Assembly (NCBI GenBank): GCA_002189035.1
Contig: NEEC01000004.1
Location: 3,410,001-3,474,000, forward strand
Reading direction: 5' to 3'
DNA from: Utricularia gibba
Taxonomy: Eukaryota > Plantae > Magnoliophyta
Length of the DNA stretch: 64,000 nt
Below, in pieces: positions 62,859-64,000 of this stretch. The position numbers and the translations under genes are program-made. The notes beneath the pieces were generated by a model, which worked only from the letters and a program-made list of their open reading frames with translations, did not search any database and had not been told where the DNA came from. Position 1 is the stretch's first letter. Each line of letters opens with the position of its first letter.

Positions 62859-63848
62859 ATGCCTTCCCTTCCTGAGGAACCCCTCCTTGCCCCAAACGCA
62901 GATCGCTTCTGCATGTTCCCAATTCAGTACCCTCAAATCTGGGAGATGTACAAGAAAGCAGAAGCCTCCTTCTGGACGGCGGAGGAGGTCGATCTGTCTC
63001 AAGATCTCGCTCACTGGTACTCTCTGACGTCTGACGAAAAGCATTTCATCAAACATATTCTAGCTTTTTTCGCCGCCTCCGACGGGATCGTGCTCGAAAA
63101 TCTCGCTGCCAGGTTCATGAAGGAGGTCCAGGTTTCGGAGGCTCGCGCGTTTTACGGCTTCCAGATTGCAATTGAAAACATCCACTCTGAGATGTATAGT
63201 CTTCTATTGGAAACTTACATCAAGGATTCTGAAGAAAAGAGCAGGCTCTTCCGTGCTATTGAAACCGTTCCTTGTGTCGAGAAGAAGGCGACTTGGGCCC
63301 TTCGTTGGATCGATGGTTCTGAGTCGTTCGCAGAGAGGCTACTGGCTTTTGCCTGCGTGGAAGGTATATTTTTCTCGGGAAGCTTCTGTGCAATATTCTG
63401 GTTGAAAAAGAGGGGTCTGATGCCCGGGTTGACCTTCTCCAATGAGCTCATTTCCCGGGATGAGGGTTTACATTGTGACTTCGCTTGCTTGCTCTATAGT
63501 CTGCTTAAAGTGAAGCTTAGTGAAGAAACGGTGCACGGGCTCGTGGCGGATGCAGTGGATATTGAAAGGGAGTTTGTTTGTGATGCGTTGCCGTGCAGGC
63601 TGTTGGGAATGAATTCAGAGTTGATGTGCCAATACATAGAGTTCGTGGCGGATAGATTGTTGGTTGCATTGGGGTACAAGAAGCTGTACAATGCACAGAA
63701 CCCCTTCGACTGGATGGAACTCATAAGCTTGCAGGGGAAGACAAATTTCTTCGAGAGGCGAGTTGGTGAGTACCAAAAGGCTTCTGTTATGTCGAGCTTG
63801 AATTCAAATGCAGATGCCGATGACTTCAATTTGGATGAGGACTTCTAG
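62859..63848 (+). CDS. TSO2: Ribonucleoside-diphosphate reductase small subunit (R2), TSO2 type, intronless, 329 aa
   Basis: Single ORF with [71 protein letters not shown], terminal LDEDF. Confidence 0.96.
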   Translation: MPSLPEEPLLAPNADRFCMFPIQYPQIWEMYKKAEASFWTAEEVDLSQDLAHWYSLTSDEKHFIKHILAFFAASDGIVLENLAARFMKEVQVSEARAFYGFQIAIENIHSEMYSLLLETYIKDSEEKSRLFRAIETVPCVEKKATWALRWIDGSESFAERLLAFACVEGIFFSGSFCAIFWLKKRGLMPGLTFSNELISRDEGLHCDFACLLYSLLKVKLSEETVHGLVADAVDIEREFVCDALPCRLLGMNSELMCQYIEFVADRLLVALGYKKLYNAQNPFDWMELISLQGKTNFFERRVGEYQKASVMSSLNSNADADDFNLDEDF

Positions 63849-64000
63849 TTCACATGATCCGTCCTGGTTGGCATCAGCGTGTTGTCTACTTTTCCTAGTT
63901 CTTGTATGCAAAAGCTGCCTGTCATCAAGTTTGAACAGCAATGGAGATGCAAACATGTCTTTGAGCAGGCATCTTCTTCATGTGTTTACTTGTAGATGCT

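Noticed and set aside
62859-63848. Intronless RNR2 as a retrocopy or horizontal transfer
   Set aside because: TSO2-type plant R2 genes are intron-poor. There is no poly(A) tail or TSD, and the protein is plant-like.
51016-63848. PRD1 plus TSO2 as a DNA-repair/meiosis gene cluster
   Set aside because: Two loosely related genes separated by unrelated ones, with no shared regulatory signal seen.

Overview
Plant nuclear genomic DNA: AT-rich intergenic sequence, GT-AG intron-containing genes and nested transposon debris. No CRISPR arrays, and no rRNA or tRNA genes were seen. 1-20 kb is almost entirely transposable elements: (i) a minus-strand Ty3/gypsy Tat/Retand-type LTR element (1-5627) with gag, only a scrap of pol, and a long antisense accessory ORF; (ii) a decayed MuDR transposase split by a solo LTR; (iii) a three-level nest of an Athila-like LTR containing a two-ORF PIF/Harbinger element, which itself contains a solo LTR. 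Host genes follow: farnesylcysteine lyase (FCLY, minus), Mediator subunit MED16/SFR6 (plus), a divergent VAL-type B3 repressor (minus), meiotic PRD1 (minus), a sugar transporter STP (plus) and intronless RNR small subunit TSO2 (plus), interspersed with hAT, Harbinger and LTR remnants. The best novel candidate is an unannotated two-exon small secreted peptide gene at 57282-57741. Its C-terminal 13-mer (PYGTPFPWPPVHH) has the spacing of RGF/GLV/CLEL peptides but lacks the Asp of the DY sulfation motif, and the gene sits between two 106-bp near-identical direct repeats. FCLY and STP, and possibly the peptide gene, each lack one base in a G/C homopolymer, which points to assembly error rather than true pseudogenes. 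All alignments and counts were done by eye; family assignments come from remembered motifs, not database searches.
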